This document shows, one piece after another, positions 19,239-28,098 of a DNA stretch of 64,000 bases. Origin of the DNA: Candidatus Latescibacterota bacterium (GTDB lineage: Bacteria; Latescibacterota; UBA2968; UBA8231); contig CBDFJF010000001.1 of NCBI GenBank assembly GCA_965248265.1, positions 96,001 to 160,000 on the forward strand, in the 5' to 3' direction. The position numbers and the translations under genes are program-made. The notes beneath the pieces were generated by a model that saw only the letters and a list, made by a program, of their open reading frames with translations, was not told where the DNA came from and did no database searches. Each line of letters opens with the position of its first letter. The first letter of the stretch is position 1.

Positions 19239-20261
19239 ATGTCTGACCGATCGCTGAGTTACAGGGAAGCGCTGAACGAAGCGTTGCGCGAGGAAATGAG
19301 TCGTGACCCCTCCGTGGTTCTGATGGGTGAGGATATCTCCGGAGCGCCTCACAGCGATGACCCGGACCATTTCGACAGCTGGGGCGGTCCCCTGGGCGTG
19401 ACCAAACACCTCATCCACGACTTCGGGCGCGAGCGCGTTCGCGACACACCCATTACCGAGTCCGCATTCGTAGGTGCCGGAGTTGGTGGTGCCGCTACCG
19501 GCCTGCGCCCGGTTGTGGAGCTGATGTTCATCGGTTTCATGGGCGTTTGCCTCGACCAGATCACCAACCAGGCTGCCAAGATGCGTTACATGTTCGGGGG
19601 CAAGGCGAAAATCCCCCTGGTCATACGCACGATGATCGGCGCCGGGCTGCGCGCAGCGGCGCAGCACTCCGACTCGATGTACTCGGTCTTCGTCCACTTC
19701 CCCGGCTTGAAGGTCGTGGCCCCGTCAACGCCAGCCGATGCCAAGGGCCTCCTCACCGCGTCAATACGCGACGACGACCCCGTGATCTTCTGTGAACACA
19801 AAGTGCTTTACGACACGAAAGGTCCGGTACCCGAAGGAGAGCACATCGTGCCACTGGGCAAGGCAGACGTCAAGCGCGAAGGCTCGGACGTGACCATCGT
19901 GGCGATCTCGCGCATGGTCCACTTCGCGCTGGAGGCGGCCGACGAGCTCGAAAAGGAGGGCATCAGTGCCGAGATCGTCGATCCGCGCACTCTGGTTCCG
20001 CTCGACCAGGACACCATCCTGAATTCGATTCGCAAGACGGGGCGGCTGGTTGTCGTCGACGAAGACAACCCGCGCTGCAGCATGGCAACCGACATCGCCA
20101 CCCTGGCCGCGACGCAGGCGGTCGAGTACCTGTGTGCGCCGGTCAAGCTGGTCACGGCGCCGCACACCCCAGTGCCCTTCAGCCCGGATCTCGAAGACAC
20201 CTACATCCCTTCCCCCCGGCGCATCGTCACTGCCGTCCACGAAGGCGTCGCGTACAAATGA
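19239..20261 (+). CDS. acoB: Acetoin dehydrogenase E1 beta
   Basis: DSWGGPLGVTK, DTPITES, NQAAKMRYMFGG, AAQHS, PVPFSPDLE; alternative start 19230. Confidence 0.88.
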   Translation: MSDRSLSYREALNEALREEMSRDPSVVLMGEDISGAPHSDDPDHFDSWGGPLGVTKHLIHDFGRERVRDTPITESAFVGAGVGGAATGLRPVVELMFIGFMGVCLDQITNQAAKMRYMFGGKAKIPLVIRTMIGAGLRAAAQHSDSMYSVFVHFPGLKVVAPSTPADAKGLLTASIRDDDPVIFCEHKVLYDTKGPVPEGEHIVPLGKADVKREGSDVTIVAISRMVHFALEAADELEKEGISAEIVDPRTLVPLDQDTILNSIRKTGRLVVVDEDNPRCSMATDIATLAATQAVEYLCAPVKLVTAPHTPVPFSPDLEDTYIPSPRRIVTAVHEGVAYK

Positions 20262-20305
20262 CCTCGCCCACCGACGTCCATCCGATGCACCACTGAGGAA
20301 GGCTC

Positions 20306-21682
20306 ATGGCTATCGAAGTCGTCATGCCCAAATGGGGCCTCAGCATGCTGGAGGGCGTCATCGTCCAGTGGCTCAAGCAGGAAGGCGACACCATTGAGAA
20401 AGACGAGCCCCTGCTGGAGGTCGAGACCGAAAAGATGGTCTCCGTCGTCGAGGCGCCTGCTTCCGGTATCGTTGCCAGAATCCTGCATCCTGTCGACAGT
20501 ACGGTGCCGGTCAGTCAGGTGATCGCCGTAATCACCGAGCCCGGTGAGTCCGTGCCCGACATCGCTCCCTCGAGCGCACCAGTGCATGATACGGCCACAC
20601 TGCCGTCGCTCGACGTTCCCGCCCCAACGCAGCCGCGAGAGCGATTGCCAGGCGACATCGTTCCGGCCGTTCCCGCGGCGCGACGCCTCGCCGGTGATCG
20701 CGGCCTCGACCTCGGCGGCATCCAAGGCAGCGGTCCCGCCGGTGTGATCACACGAGCCGATGTCGAGCGCGCCACGGCCCCTGTCCCCCAGGCAATTGAA
20801 AAAGCCACCTTCTTCAGCGAAGGTCATCGTCTCGACGGCCTGCTCTACACACCGCGGGACCTGAAGCCGGGGGAGAAGCGCCCGGCCGTCATCCTGTGCG
20901 TGGGCTTCACCTATCTCAAGAGCCTGGTCATGCCCGACATCGCCAGAGTGCTCAACGCAGCCGGCTATGTCGCCTTTATCTTCGACTACCGTGGCTTCGG
21001 CGACAGCGAAGGGCCGCGTTGGCGACTCATACCCGGTGAGCAGGTCAACGATGTCCGTGCGGCGTTGACCTTCGTCGCCGATCAACCGCACGTCGATCCC
21101 CAACGACTCGCAGCGCTCGGTGTCAGTCTCGGCGGCTCGAATGCCGTTGTTGCAGGAGCACTCGATCCACGCGTGGGTGCTGTGGTGGCGATCGAAGCGA
21201 TTGGCCACGGCGAGCGCTGGCTGCGCAGCCTGCGTCGCCACTGGGAATGGCTGGAGTTCCAGGAGCGTTTGAGTCGGGATCGCTCTCAACGCGTGAGGAC
21301 GGGTGAGTCTGATCGTGTAGACCCTCTCGAGATTGTGGTGCCCGATCCCGAGTCTCGAGAATTTCTGGAGGCCGTGTACCGGGAATACCCGCAGATGCAA
21401 TGTGACCTGCCGCTGGAGACCGGCGAGGCACTGATGGAGTTTCGACCCGAAGCCCATGTCGAGTTCATCGCTCCGCGGCCAGTGCTGTTCATCCACGGCG
21501 AGGACGACCGCCAGGTTTCCGCCGACGAATCGCGCTGCATGTTCGAGCGCGCCACGGGACCGTCTGAGCTTCACGTAGTGCCCGGCATTGGCCACTTCGA
21601 CTGGGTCATGTCCCCGAGTCCAGGATTCACCCGGGTGACCGGCCTGGTACTCGACTTTCTGCGGGCACACATGCCGGTGTGA
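20306..21682 (+). CDS. acoC: AcoC-like E2: lipoyl domain + subunit-binding domain + alpha/beta hydrolase
   Basis: MPKWGLSM...EVETEK lipoyl motif; PAARRLA...GSGPAGVITRADVE; FDYRGFGDSEG, GVSLGG, HGEDD...GHF. Confidence 0.75.
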   Translation: MAIEVVMPKWGLSMLEGVIVQWLKQEGDTIEKDEPLLEVETEKMVSVVEAPASGIVARILHPVDSTVPVSQVIAVITEPGESVPDIAPSSAPVHDTATLPSLDVPAPTQPRERLPGDIVPAVPAARRLAGDRGLDLGGIQGSGPAGVITRADVERATAPVPQAIEKATFFSEGHRLDGLLYTPRDLKPGEKRPAVILCVGFTYLKSLVMPDIARVLNAAGYVAFIFDYRGFGDSEGPRWRLIPGEQVNDVRAALTFVADQPHVDPQRLAALGVSLGGSNAVVAGALDPRVGAVVAIEAIGHGERWLRSLRRHWEWLEFQERLSRDRSQRVRTGESDRVDPLEIVVPDPESREFLEAVYREYPQMQCDLPLETGEALMEFRPEAHVEFIAPRPVLFIHGEDDRQVSADESRCMFERATGPSELHVVPGIGHFDWVMSPSPGFTRVTGLVLDFLRAHMPV

Positions 21683-22692
21683 CGATCGACGACCCACACG
21701 TGACCACCGTTGGCATCATCGCGAACCCGGCTTCGGGCAGAGACATCCGCCGGCTGGTGACGCACGCCACCGTCCTCGACAACGAAGAGAAAGTCAACAT
21801 CGTTCGCCGGGTGCTGCTCGGGCTCGAGTCGGTCGGCGTCGAACGGGTGCGGATCATGCCCGAATCGTACGGCATCGCACCCAGGGCCCTCGACGGATTG
21901 AAGACGCGCGTCGATGTCTCGATTCTGTCGATGAGCACGACCTTCACTCAAGATGACAGCAGCCGCGCTGCCGAGTTCATGGTACGGGATGGCGTCAGTT
22001 GCCTGGTCACGATCGGCGGCGACGGCACCAATCGCGCCGTGGCCAAGACGTGCGCCGACGTGCCCCTGGTGCCGATCTCCACCGGCACGAACAACGCCTT
22101 CCCCTCGATGATTGAGGGCACCATCGCGGGTATGGCTGCCGGTCTTGTGGCCCGCGGCGTGGCCCACGAGGCGGTGCAAACCATGCCGCGATTGGATGTG
22201 TTTACCGGTGTCGATGACGACTCGCCAGCGGACGTGGCCCTCGTTGACGCCGCCGTATATGATGGGCACTTCATCGCCTCTCGTGCGCTCTTGGATGCCA
22301 CGAAGGTCAAGGAAGTCGTACTGACCCGCGCCGAAACCGGGAATATCGGACTGTCAGCCATTGGCGCTCACGTGCACAACGGCAGCCGCTCCCCCGATCA
22401 AGGCCTGTATTTGCGCCTGGAACCCGGCGGACAACGGGTGCTGGCTCCCATCGCCCCAGGCGTGGTGTGCAGCGTGAGCGTCGGGGAGCATAGGTTGCTG
22501 AGCCCTGGAGATGAAGTCGTGATCGAGCGATCCGATCCCTATGTGCTCGCCTTCGATGGCGAGCGTGAGATGGCAGGACCGTCCGGAAAATCGGTCCGCA
22601 TACGCCTCAATGCTCGTGGCCCAAGAGTTGTTGACGTCGTCAAGGCACTCGAAGTGGCCGCCAGTGAAGGAGTGTTCGTCGAGAGTCCGTGA
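21679..22692 (+). CDS. acoX: AcoX-like NAD(+) kinase-family protein
   Basis: VGIIANPASGRDIRRLV, GGDGTNR, STGTNNAFP, AFDGERE. Confidence 0.85.
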   Translation: MTIDDPHVTTVGIIANPASGRDIRRLVTHATVLDNEEKVNIVRRVLLGLESVGVERVRIMPESYGIAPRALDGLKTRVDVSILSMSTTFTQDDSSRAAEFMVRDGVSCLVTIGGDGTNRAVAKTCADVPLVPISTGTNNAFPSMIEGTIAGMAAGLVARGVAHEAVQTMPRLDVFTGVDDDSPADVALVDAAVYDGHFIASRALLDATKVKEVVLTRAETGNIGLSAIGAHVHNGSRSPDQGLYLRLEPGGQRVLAPIAPGVVCSVSVGEHRLLSPGDEVVIERSDPYVLAFDGEREMAGPSGKSVRIRLNARGPRVVDVVKALEVAASEGVFVESP

Positions 22693-22723
22693 TCGGTTCC
22701 TATTCTTCCTGATCCCCTGCTTT

Positions 22724-24280
22724 TCATTGCCAGATGCTCTTCATCCGCCACGCATCGAGAGATGTCAGCAGAGCGTCCTGGCCCTGTGCGCGTAACGAAA
22801 CACCGATGCTGTCCTCCCTTTCCGGATAGACACGGACGGCGAGGCATTGAGTCCCGTTCGCGAAAACTTCGACAACACTCCGGTCGACAAAGATGCGTAA
22901 TTCCAACGTTTCGCCTTTTGCCAGATCGAAAGGGGCGATCTCGGGCGGACGCGCCAGCACATCCGGAAAGAGTGACGATCGGGTCGAATCCAGGACGAGC
23001 GCATGTTCGCTGTGTGGCACCCCGAGTTTTCTCCGTTGGTAACCATCCTGAAGGAATTTGATCGACGTAGTCTCTTCCGCTTCAGGAGATCGACAGACTT
23101 CGACGCAGACTTCTCTGGCATCCTGTGGATCGATCCTGATCATCAGCTCCATCTCTCGACCAGCAATGCCATCCAGCACCACTGGTGTGTTGGCAGGAAG
23201 CACCCGCTCGTCCACCCGTCGATGCTCCATCCGCAATGATTCCAGCGCTTCCACCGGACCGGCCATCAACCTGCTCTGTGAATCGAGCGAAAGACGACGA
23301 GGCAGCGACATGATTTGATCCCAGGCGTCGTTCGGTTTCGCCCCGTTGATGTTGTGAATGACGTAGATGCCGCCGTTCCCGTCCGGTGTCGCCGACGGTG
23401 CGTGAACGCCGCCGTGCATCAGCTGGTTGAAATTGAAGCGGCCGTGCGCGAAGGGTTTGAATCGGTGGCGTTCCCGGTCGTAGTCGCCCAGCAGATACTG
23501 AGACCCTCTTTGGTGGCTGGCGAAAAGCAGGATGTGTTTGTCGCCGATCGGCCAGAAATACGGGACGGCGCCGTCTTCTCCCGGGCCGGTAAAGATGTCG
23601 CCTTCGATGAAATCGCCGAGATAGATCCAGCGCGTCAGATCCTGTGAAAAGAAGAGATATTCGATGACGCGGCAGTCCTCGAATAGCTCCCCTCCGACAA
23701 ACCCCCCGGTCAGGGCATAGTAGCCCTCGTCCTCTCGCCAAAGAAAGGGATCGTAAACACGGGACGGGCGTTCGTTGACTGCCTCCTCCGGGAGGTTGGG
23801 AATGACGGGACATCCATCGATCTTCTCCCAGTTCAGCAGCAGGGGATCAGAAGAGACCGCGGCCATGCTCCCCGCGCTTGTTCCCTGATAGAACGCGATG
23901 ACGCGGTCTTCTTCGACGAGCGTGCTGCCGCTGTACACCTTCTCCTCGATCCCCGGATAGATAGCCAACGGCAGATCTTCCCAGTGGACAAAGTCATCGC
24001 TCACCGCGTGGCCCCAATGCTGTCGGGGATCTTCCGGTGGATGAGCTTGGTAGAACAGATGATATCGGCCCTGCCAGTAGCACAGCCCGTTCGGATCGTT
24101 CAGTTTGCTCTCCGGATTCACGTAGTGATAGGCAGGTCGGTACGGGTCCGCCGAAAGCATCTTTCGTGATGCCGCAAAGCTCAGCAGCATCTCGTCTGAC
24201 TTCAGCTGCTCGCGCTGCTTTTCGAGCGTCGTTGCGTACGTGCGCCCGGAAATCTTCGGTGGATATCTGATTTCGCTCAT
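22724..24280 (-). CDS. Glycoside hydrolase family 32-like protein with atypical catalytic motifs
   Basis: YRPAYHY, LNDPNG, HWGHAVS, YSGS, MSLPRRL, LRIFVDRSVVEVF C-terminal beta-sandwich. Confidence 0.85.
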   Translation of the reverse strand: MSEIRYPPKISGRTYATTLEKQREQLKSDEMLLSFAASRKMLSADPYRPAYHYVNPESKLNDPNGLCYWQGRYHLFYQAHPPEDPRQHWGHAVSDDFVHWEDLPLAIYPGIEEKVYSGSTLVEEDRVIAFYQGTSAGSMAAVSSDPLLLNWEKIDGCPVIPNLPEEAVNERPSRVYDPFLWREDEGYYALTGGFVGGELFEDCRVIEYLFFSQDLTRWIYLGDFIEGDIFTGPGEDGAVPYFWPIGDKHILLFASHQRGSQYLLGDYDRERHRFKPFAHGRFNFNQLMHGGVHAPSATPDGNGGIYVIHNINGAKPNDAWDQIMSLPRRLSLDSQSRLMAGPVEALESLRMEHRRVDERVLPANTPVVLDGIAGREMELMIRIDPQDAREVCVEVCRSPEAEETTSIKFLQDGYQRRKLGVPHSEHALVLDSTRSSLFPDVLARPPEIAPFDLAKGETLELRIFVDRSVVEVFANGTQCLAVRVYPEREDSIGVSLRAQGQDALLTSLDAWRMKSIWQ

Positions 24281-24294
24281 CGCGTCTTCCAAGC

Positions 24295-24510
24295 CTATGC
24301 TGGCAGCTCAAACTCGGTTTCAACTGCGCTGGTGATCCCAGCGACAGAGCCGCTGAAAGGTTCGTCGCTGTCGTTGCGTATTGTCGCCTCAAACGACCAT
24401 CGTTTTGTCGCGAACGGAGGTGACGATGTTACTAGCACGCCGGCGTGACTTTCTGGAAAGAAGGTTGTGACGATGGCGGCGACGCGCAACCGCCCGGTGC
24501 CAACACGACT
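24295..24510 (-). pseudogene. Chimeric remnant of hypothetical genes
   Basis: RLRVAAIVTTFFPESHAGVLVT resembles the conserved N-terminus of a hypothetical protein family, then switches abruptly to an unrelated C-terminal-like segment. Confidence 0.35.
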
Positions 24511-24565
24511 GTGGTCCGGGGCAGTGATAGGTGTTATTGTAGGATCCTTACTGTAAAGGGATATC

Positions 24566-26437
24566 ATGGCCAGGAAGCGAATTGTCCAGCGCGACTTTCG
24601 CGACTACCAGCGCACCCGTTTCGTCGATGCCCAGACGAGCGCCACCGCCAGGCTGGCTCCCACTCTACTGCTGACCAACGAGCTCGGCGTCAACGGCGAT
24701 ATTCCAGACAGGCTAGGCCCGGACGACTGGGCCCGCGTCGAATTCGATGTTCCGTCGGCGCAGGTCAAGAGCGCCCAGCTGTTCTTCTATGTCAAGAGCC
24801 GCAACAGCACCCAGGAAAAACCGCTGCGCTTGCTGGTCAACGGAAGTCGCATCAACCACTACCAGAAGTACAGCAGGCTCGATCATCAGGGGTGGGACCT
24901 GGCGAAAATACCGGCTCGCTTCCTCAAGAAGGGCGTCAATGAGATCGTTTTCGGCATGAACGGCGTGCTCTACGTGGAACCGGGGCCGGGGGGCCGGAGC
25001 AGCCGCAGCTTCGACGGCGGCGAGACCTGGCATCCCAATGCGCTGGGGGGTGATGGCCGGATTGCGGGCGAATACCTGGTCCGATTGCGACTCAAGGGAC
25101 ATCCGCCTCGCGGCGAACTGGTGTCACCGGTATTTGACCTGGCCGATCCGGAGGGCAACGGTATAGCGCCGCGGGTCGATATCAGACGCCTGCGGTTGAC
25201 ACACGACAAAGAAGCCCCCCGGGGAACGCGGATCGACTTCGAAATGCGCTCGGGGTCCACCCCCGCCTTTTCACCGCGCCACTGGACGTCGTGGGTAGGG
25301 AAAACAGCGCTCGAAAGGCCAGGCCGCTTTGCGCAGTGGCGAGCTGTCCTGCGTACGGATTCGGCCGCCGCCACTCCGGTGCTCAAGAGCGTGGCGCTGA
25401 CCGTCGACTATGTGGCGGCACGGGGTTCGCTGAAGGGCATCGAACTGCTCGAGCTCGATCAGCCCGACATCGTCTACAGCTCCTACGACTTCGATTATCT
25501 CGGTCCCCATCACCGCGTCGACCGATTGGTCAAGCAGTACCGCCTGGATGAGGTCATCGCGCCCGGGGAGACCGAGCTGGAGAAGTTCGCCCTGCTGCGT
25601 GATTGGGTTCACAGCCAATGGCTGGGCTGGCAGGCGATCAGTTACCCCTACTGTCCGCCGTGGGATCCGCTTGAGATTTTGGAGACAACGAAGGGCAACT
25701 GGGGCTTCGGCATGTGCACCCATTATGGGGCCGTCTTCGCAGCGTGCGCTTCGGCGCTGGGGTACGTGGCTCGTGTTCTCATAGTCCATGGTCATTGCCT
25801 GGCCGAGATCTGGTCCCACGATCTACAGAAGTGGATTCTGCAGGACCCCGGACCCAGCGAGGAGTACGACGCTACGTACGAGCGCCGTGGAGTGCCCGTC
25901 AACGCGCTCGAGTTTCACCGGCTGCACGCGGCCGGCAAGGCCCATCACCTGACGATCAACAAGCTGCCACAGAAGACGAAGGCGAAGATGACCAACGCCT
26001 GGGGCAGCACGTTCCGTCGCTTCGGCATCCCCCTGCGCAACAATCATCTGGTCAAAGCGGAGCCCGCCGAATTGCACCACGGCTACAGCGCTTTCCACTG
26101 GGACGGGTACCTGTGGTGGTCCGTCGGCATCGATCCGAAATACGCCGAGTATTCGTTGCAGACCTCACGCCCGGCAGATTTCTACTGGTCGGTCGACCAG
26201 ACCCGCCTCTACCCTCGCGCCGGGGAGGAACCAGGGATGTTGGAAATAGACGTGGAGACGGCGACGCCGAACTTCTCGCATTATCAGGTCCGGATCGACG
26301 GCGGGGAGTGGGTGCAGGCCGAGGCACCGCTGAGTTGGGGCCTATGTCATGGTGAGAACGAAATGGAAGTGCGCGGGGTCAATGCCTTTGGTCGAGCCGG
26401 CCGCAGTGCGCGGTTGAAGGTGGGCTACACCGGGTGA
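24566..26437 (+). CDS. Transglutaminase-like domain protein
   Basis: LRDWVHSQW, GMCTHYG (Cys), HCLAEIW (His), KWILQDP (Asp) triad. Confidence 0.8.
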   Translation: MARKRIVQRDFRDYQRTRFVDAQTSATARLAPTLLLTNELGVNGDIPDRLGPDDWARVEFDVPSAQVKSAQLFFYVKSRNSTQEKPLRLLVNGSRINHYQKYSRLDHQGWDLAKIPARFLKKGVNEIVFGMNGVLYVEPGPGGRSSRSFDGGETWHPNALGGDGRIAGEYLVRLRLKGHPPRGELVSPVFDLADPEGNGIAPRVDIRRLRLTHDKEAPRGTRIDFEMRSGSTPAFSPRHWTSWVGKTALERPGRFAQWRAVLRTDSAAATPVLKSVALTVDYVAARGSLKGIELLELDQPDIVYSSYDFDYLGPHHRVDRLVKQYRLDEVIAPGETELEKFALLRDWVHSQWLGWQAISYPYCPPWDPLEILETTKGNWGFGMCTHYGAVFAACASALGYVARVLIVHGHCLAEIWSHDLQKWILQDPGPSEEYDATYERRGVPVNALEFHRLHAAGKAHHLTINKLPQKTKAKMTNAWGSTFRRFGIPLRNNHLVKAEPAELHHGYSAFHWDGYLWWSVGIDPKYAEYSLQTSRPADFYWSVDQTRLYPRAGEEPGMLEIDVETATPNFSHYQVRIDGGEWVQAEAPLSWGLCHGENEMEVRGVNAFGRAGRSARLKVGYTG

Positions 26438-26552
26438 AGGGAGAGTACCTGATTGACCTGACTGCGGGTGTCCCAGGCTCGGGATACTACATCGGATCTC
26501 ATCTCAAAAATCAGAATGCTGGCAAGGTGATTTCAAGGGAGAAAGAGGGCTT

Positions 26553-27308
26553 ATGAATGTCTTGGTGACCGGTGCCGGGAGTCACCTGGGGAAGCAGATC
26601 ACCGCAGAGCTGGCCCCGCATCACAAGTTGCGTCTGTGGGGAACCGGGGAGGAGCCTTGCGACCTGGGCGACCAATCGGAGTGGTTGACTGGGGACCTGC
26701 GTGATGCCGGCACGGCGTGGCAGGCGGTTCGGGGAATGGAGGCGATCGTACACACGGGCGAACCGCCTCCCGAGCTACCTGATGGAGATCTGGAACGTGA
26801 GCAGGAACTATTGGATTTGGCGACACGAGGGACGCATGTGTTGTTCACTGCCGGCGTGGAGGCCGGGGTGAAGCGGTTTGTTTATGGAAGCACACTTCAG
26901 ATTTTTGAAGCCTATCCGGACGACGTGTATATCACGGAGTTGTGGAGGCCGAAGCCCGCTCCGGAAATGTACCAGATGACCCGGTATCTGGGGGAACTCG
27001 CTTGCCGCGAATTTGCCCGGGATTTTCTGGTAGCGGTGACCGCGCTTCGATTGGGCAGAATGGTGGTGGCAGAAGACGTCGCCGGCCAGACACCCGACTT
27101 GATGTGGGTGGACATTCGGGATGCTGCGCACGCGTTCCGCATGGCTCTGAACCGGGATGCCCGCAACGAAGTGAAATGGACTCAGCGGTTTGCCCTGCAT
27201 CACATCTGTGCAGATATGCCGAATGGCAAGTACCTGATCGGGACTCCAGGATTCCGACTCAATGGGTTTGAGCCGCAGCATCAATTTGAGACAGGGGGTG
27301 GGGTATGA
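26553..27308 (+). CDS. NAD(P)-dependent epimerase/dehydratase (extended SDR)
   Basis: VLVTGAGSHLG, GVKRFVYGST, YQMTR (YxxxK variant). Confidence 0.8.
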   Translation: MNVLVTGAGSHLGKQITAELAPHHKLRLWGTGEEPCDLGDQSEWLTGDLRDAGTAWQAVRGMEAIVHTGEPPPELPDGDLEREQELLDLATRGTHVLFTAGVEAGVKRFVYGSTLQIFEAYPDDVYITELWRPKPAPEMYQMTRYLGELACREFARDFLVAVTALRLGRMVVAEDVAGQTPDLMWVDIRDAAHAFRMALNRDARNEVKWTQRFALHHICADMPNGKYLIGTPGFRLNGFEPQHQFETGGGV

Positions 27309-28021
27309 AAAAGGTGCTCTTGCTCGGTGCATCGGGTCTGGTTGCTCCCAACATAACGGCTGGGCTCGAGCCCTACTATGACCTGCGCCTGGCCGATATC
27401 AAGCCGCATCCAGACAACAAACCGATAACGGAAGTAGATGTTCGGAATTACGATCAGGTGCTCGAGGCCGCCCGGGGGATGGATGCGATCATGAATTTCA
27501 CGGTTGTTCGTCCCCATGACCCGGTTCTGAGTTTTCACGTCAACACGTTAGGAGCTTTGCATGTGATGAAGGCGGCTGAAGCATTGGGTATCAAGAAGGT
27601 CGTACATTCGGGCCCGCAGTTGATCCGGATTCATTATGATCTGGATTTTGACGTGACGGATGTGCCACGGGCAGCGGGTGTAAGCTACTATGGATCGACC
27701 AAGATATTGTCGTATGAGATCTGTCGGATTTACGCCAGGACCTACGGCATCCAGACCATCTGTTTTACGTTCAATGGCCTGGGGGCCAATCCTACCGAAC
27801 AAGATTACGGAAAAGACTTCCCCCCATTCTTGATCATTTGGGAGGATTTACAACAGGCTTGCCGCCTGGCATTGGACATTGAAAAAGTCCCTGGTGATTA
27901 TCAGGATTTCAATATGACGAGCTTCGAAGGGCACGGAAAATACAATGCGGACAAGGCCCGGAGGATTTTGGGATTTGAGCCGTCACAACGTTGGGAAGAT
28001 TACTTCAAGCGGGAAACTTGA
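27305..28021 (+). CDS. NAD(P)-dependent epimerase/dehydratase (extended SDR)
   Basis: LLLGASGLVA, YGSTK; ATGA overlap with upstream SDR. Confidence 0.85.
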   Translation: MKKVLLLGASGLVAPNITAGLEPYYDLRLADIKPHPDNKPITEVDVRNYDQVLEAARGMDAIMNFTVVRPHDPVLSFHVNTLGALHVMKAAEALGIKKVVHSGPQLIRIHYDLDFDVTDVPRAAGVSYYGSTKILSYEICRIYARTYGIQTICFTFNGLGANPTEQDYGKDFPPFLIIWEDLQQACRLALDIEKVPGDYQDFNMTSFEGHGKYNADKARRILGFEPSQRWEDYFKRET

Positions 28022-28098
28022 TTTCAGGTCTCTGAGTAAATGGGTCAATCATCGACCAGCTTCGAGCAGGCATCTTGAGATTCGCGAGGAGCAGAGTA

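Noticed and set aside
20201-21697. Long antisense ORFs (also 39264..40445, 41134..42144, 47904..48938, 50591..51781)
   Set aside because: They overlap well-supported genes on the other strand, carry no motifs, and are expected in GC-rich DNA
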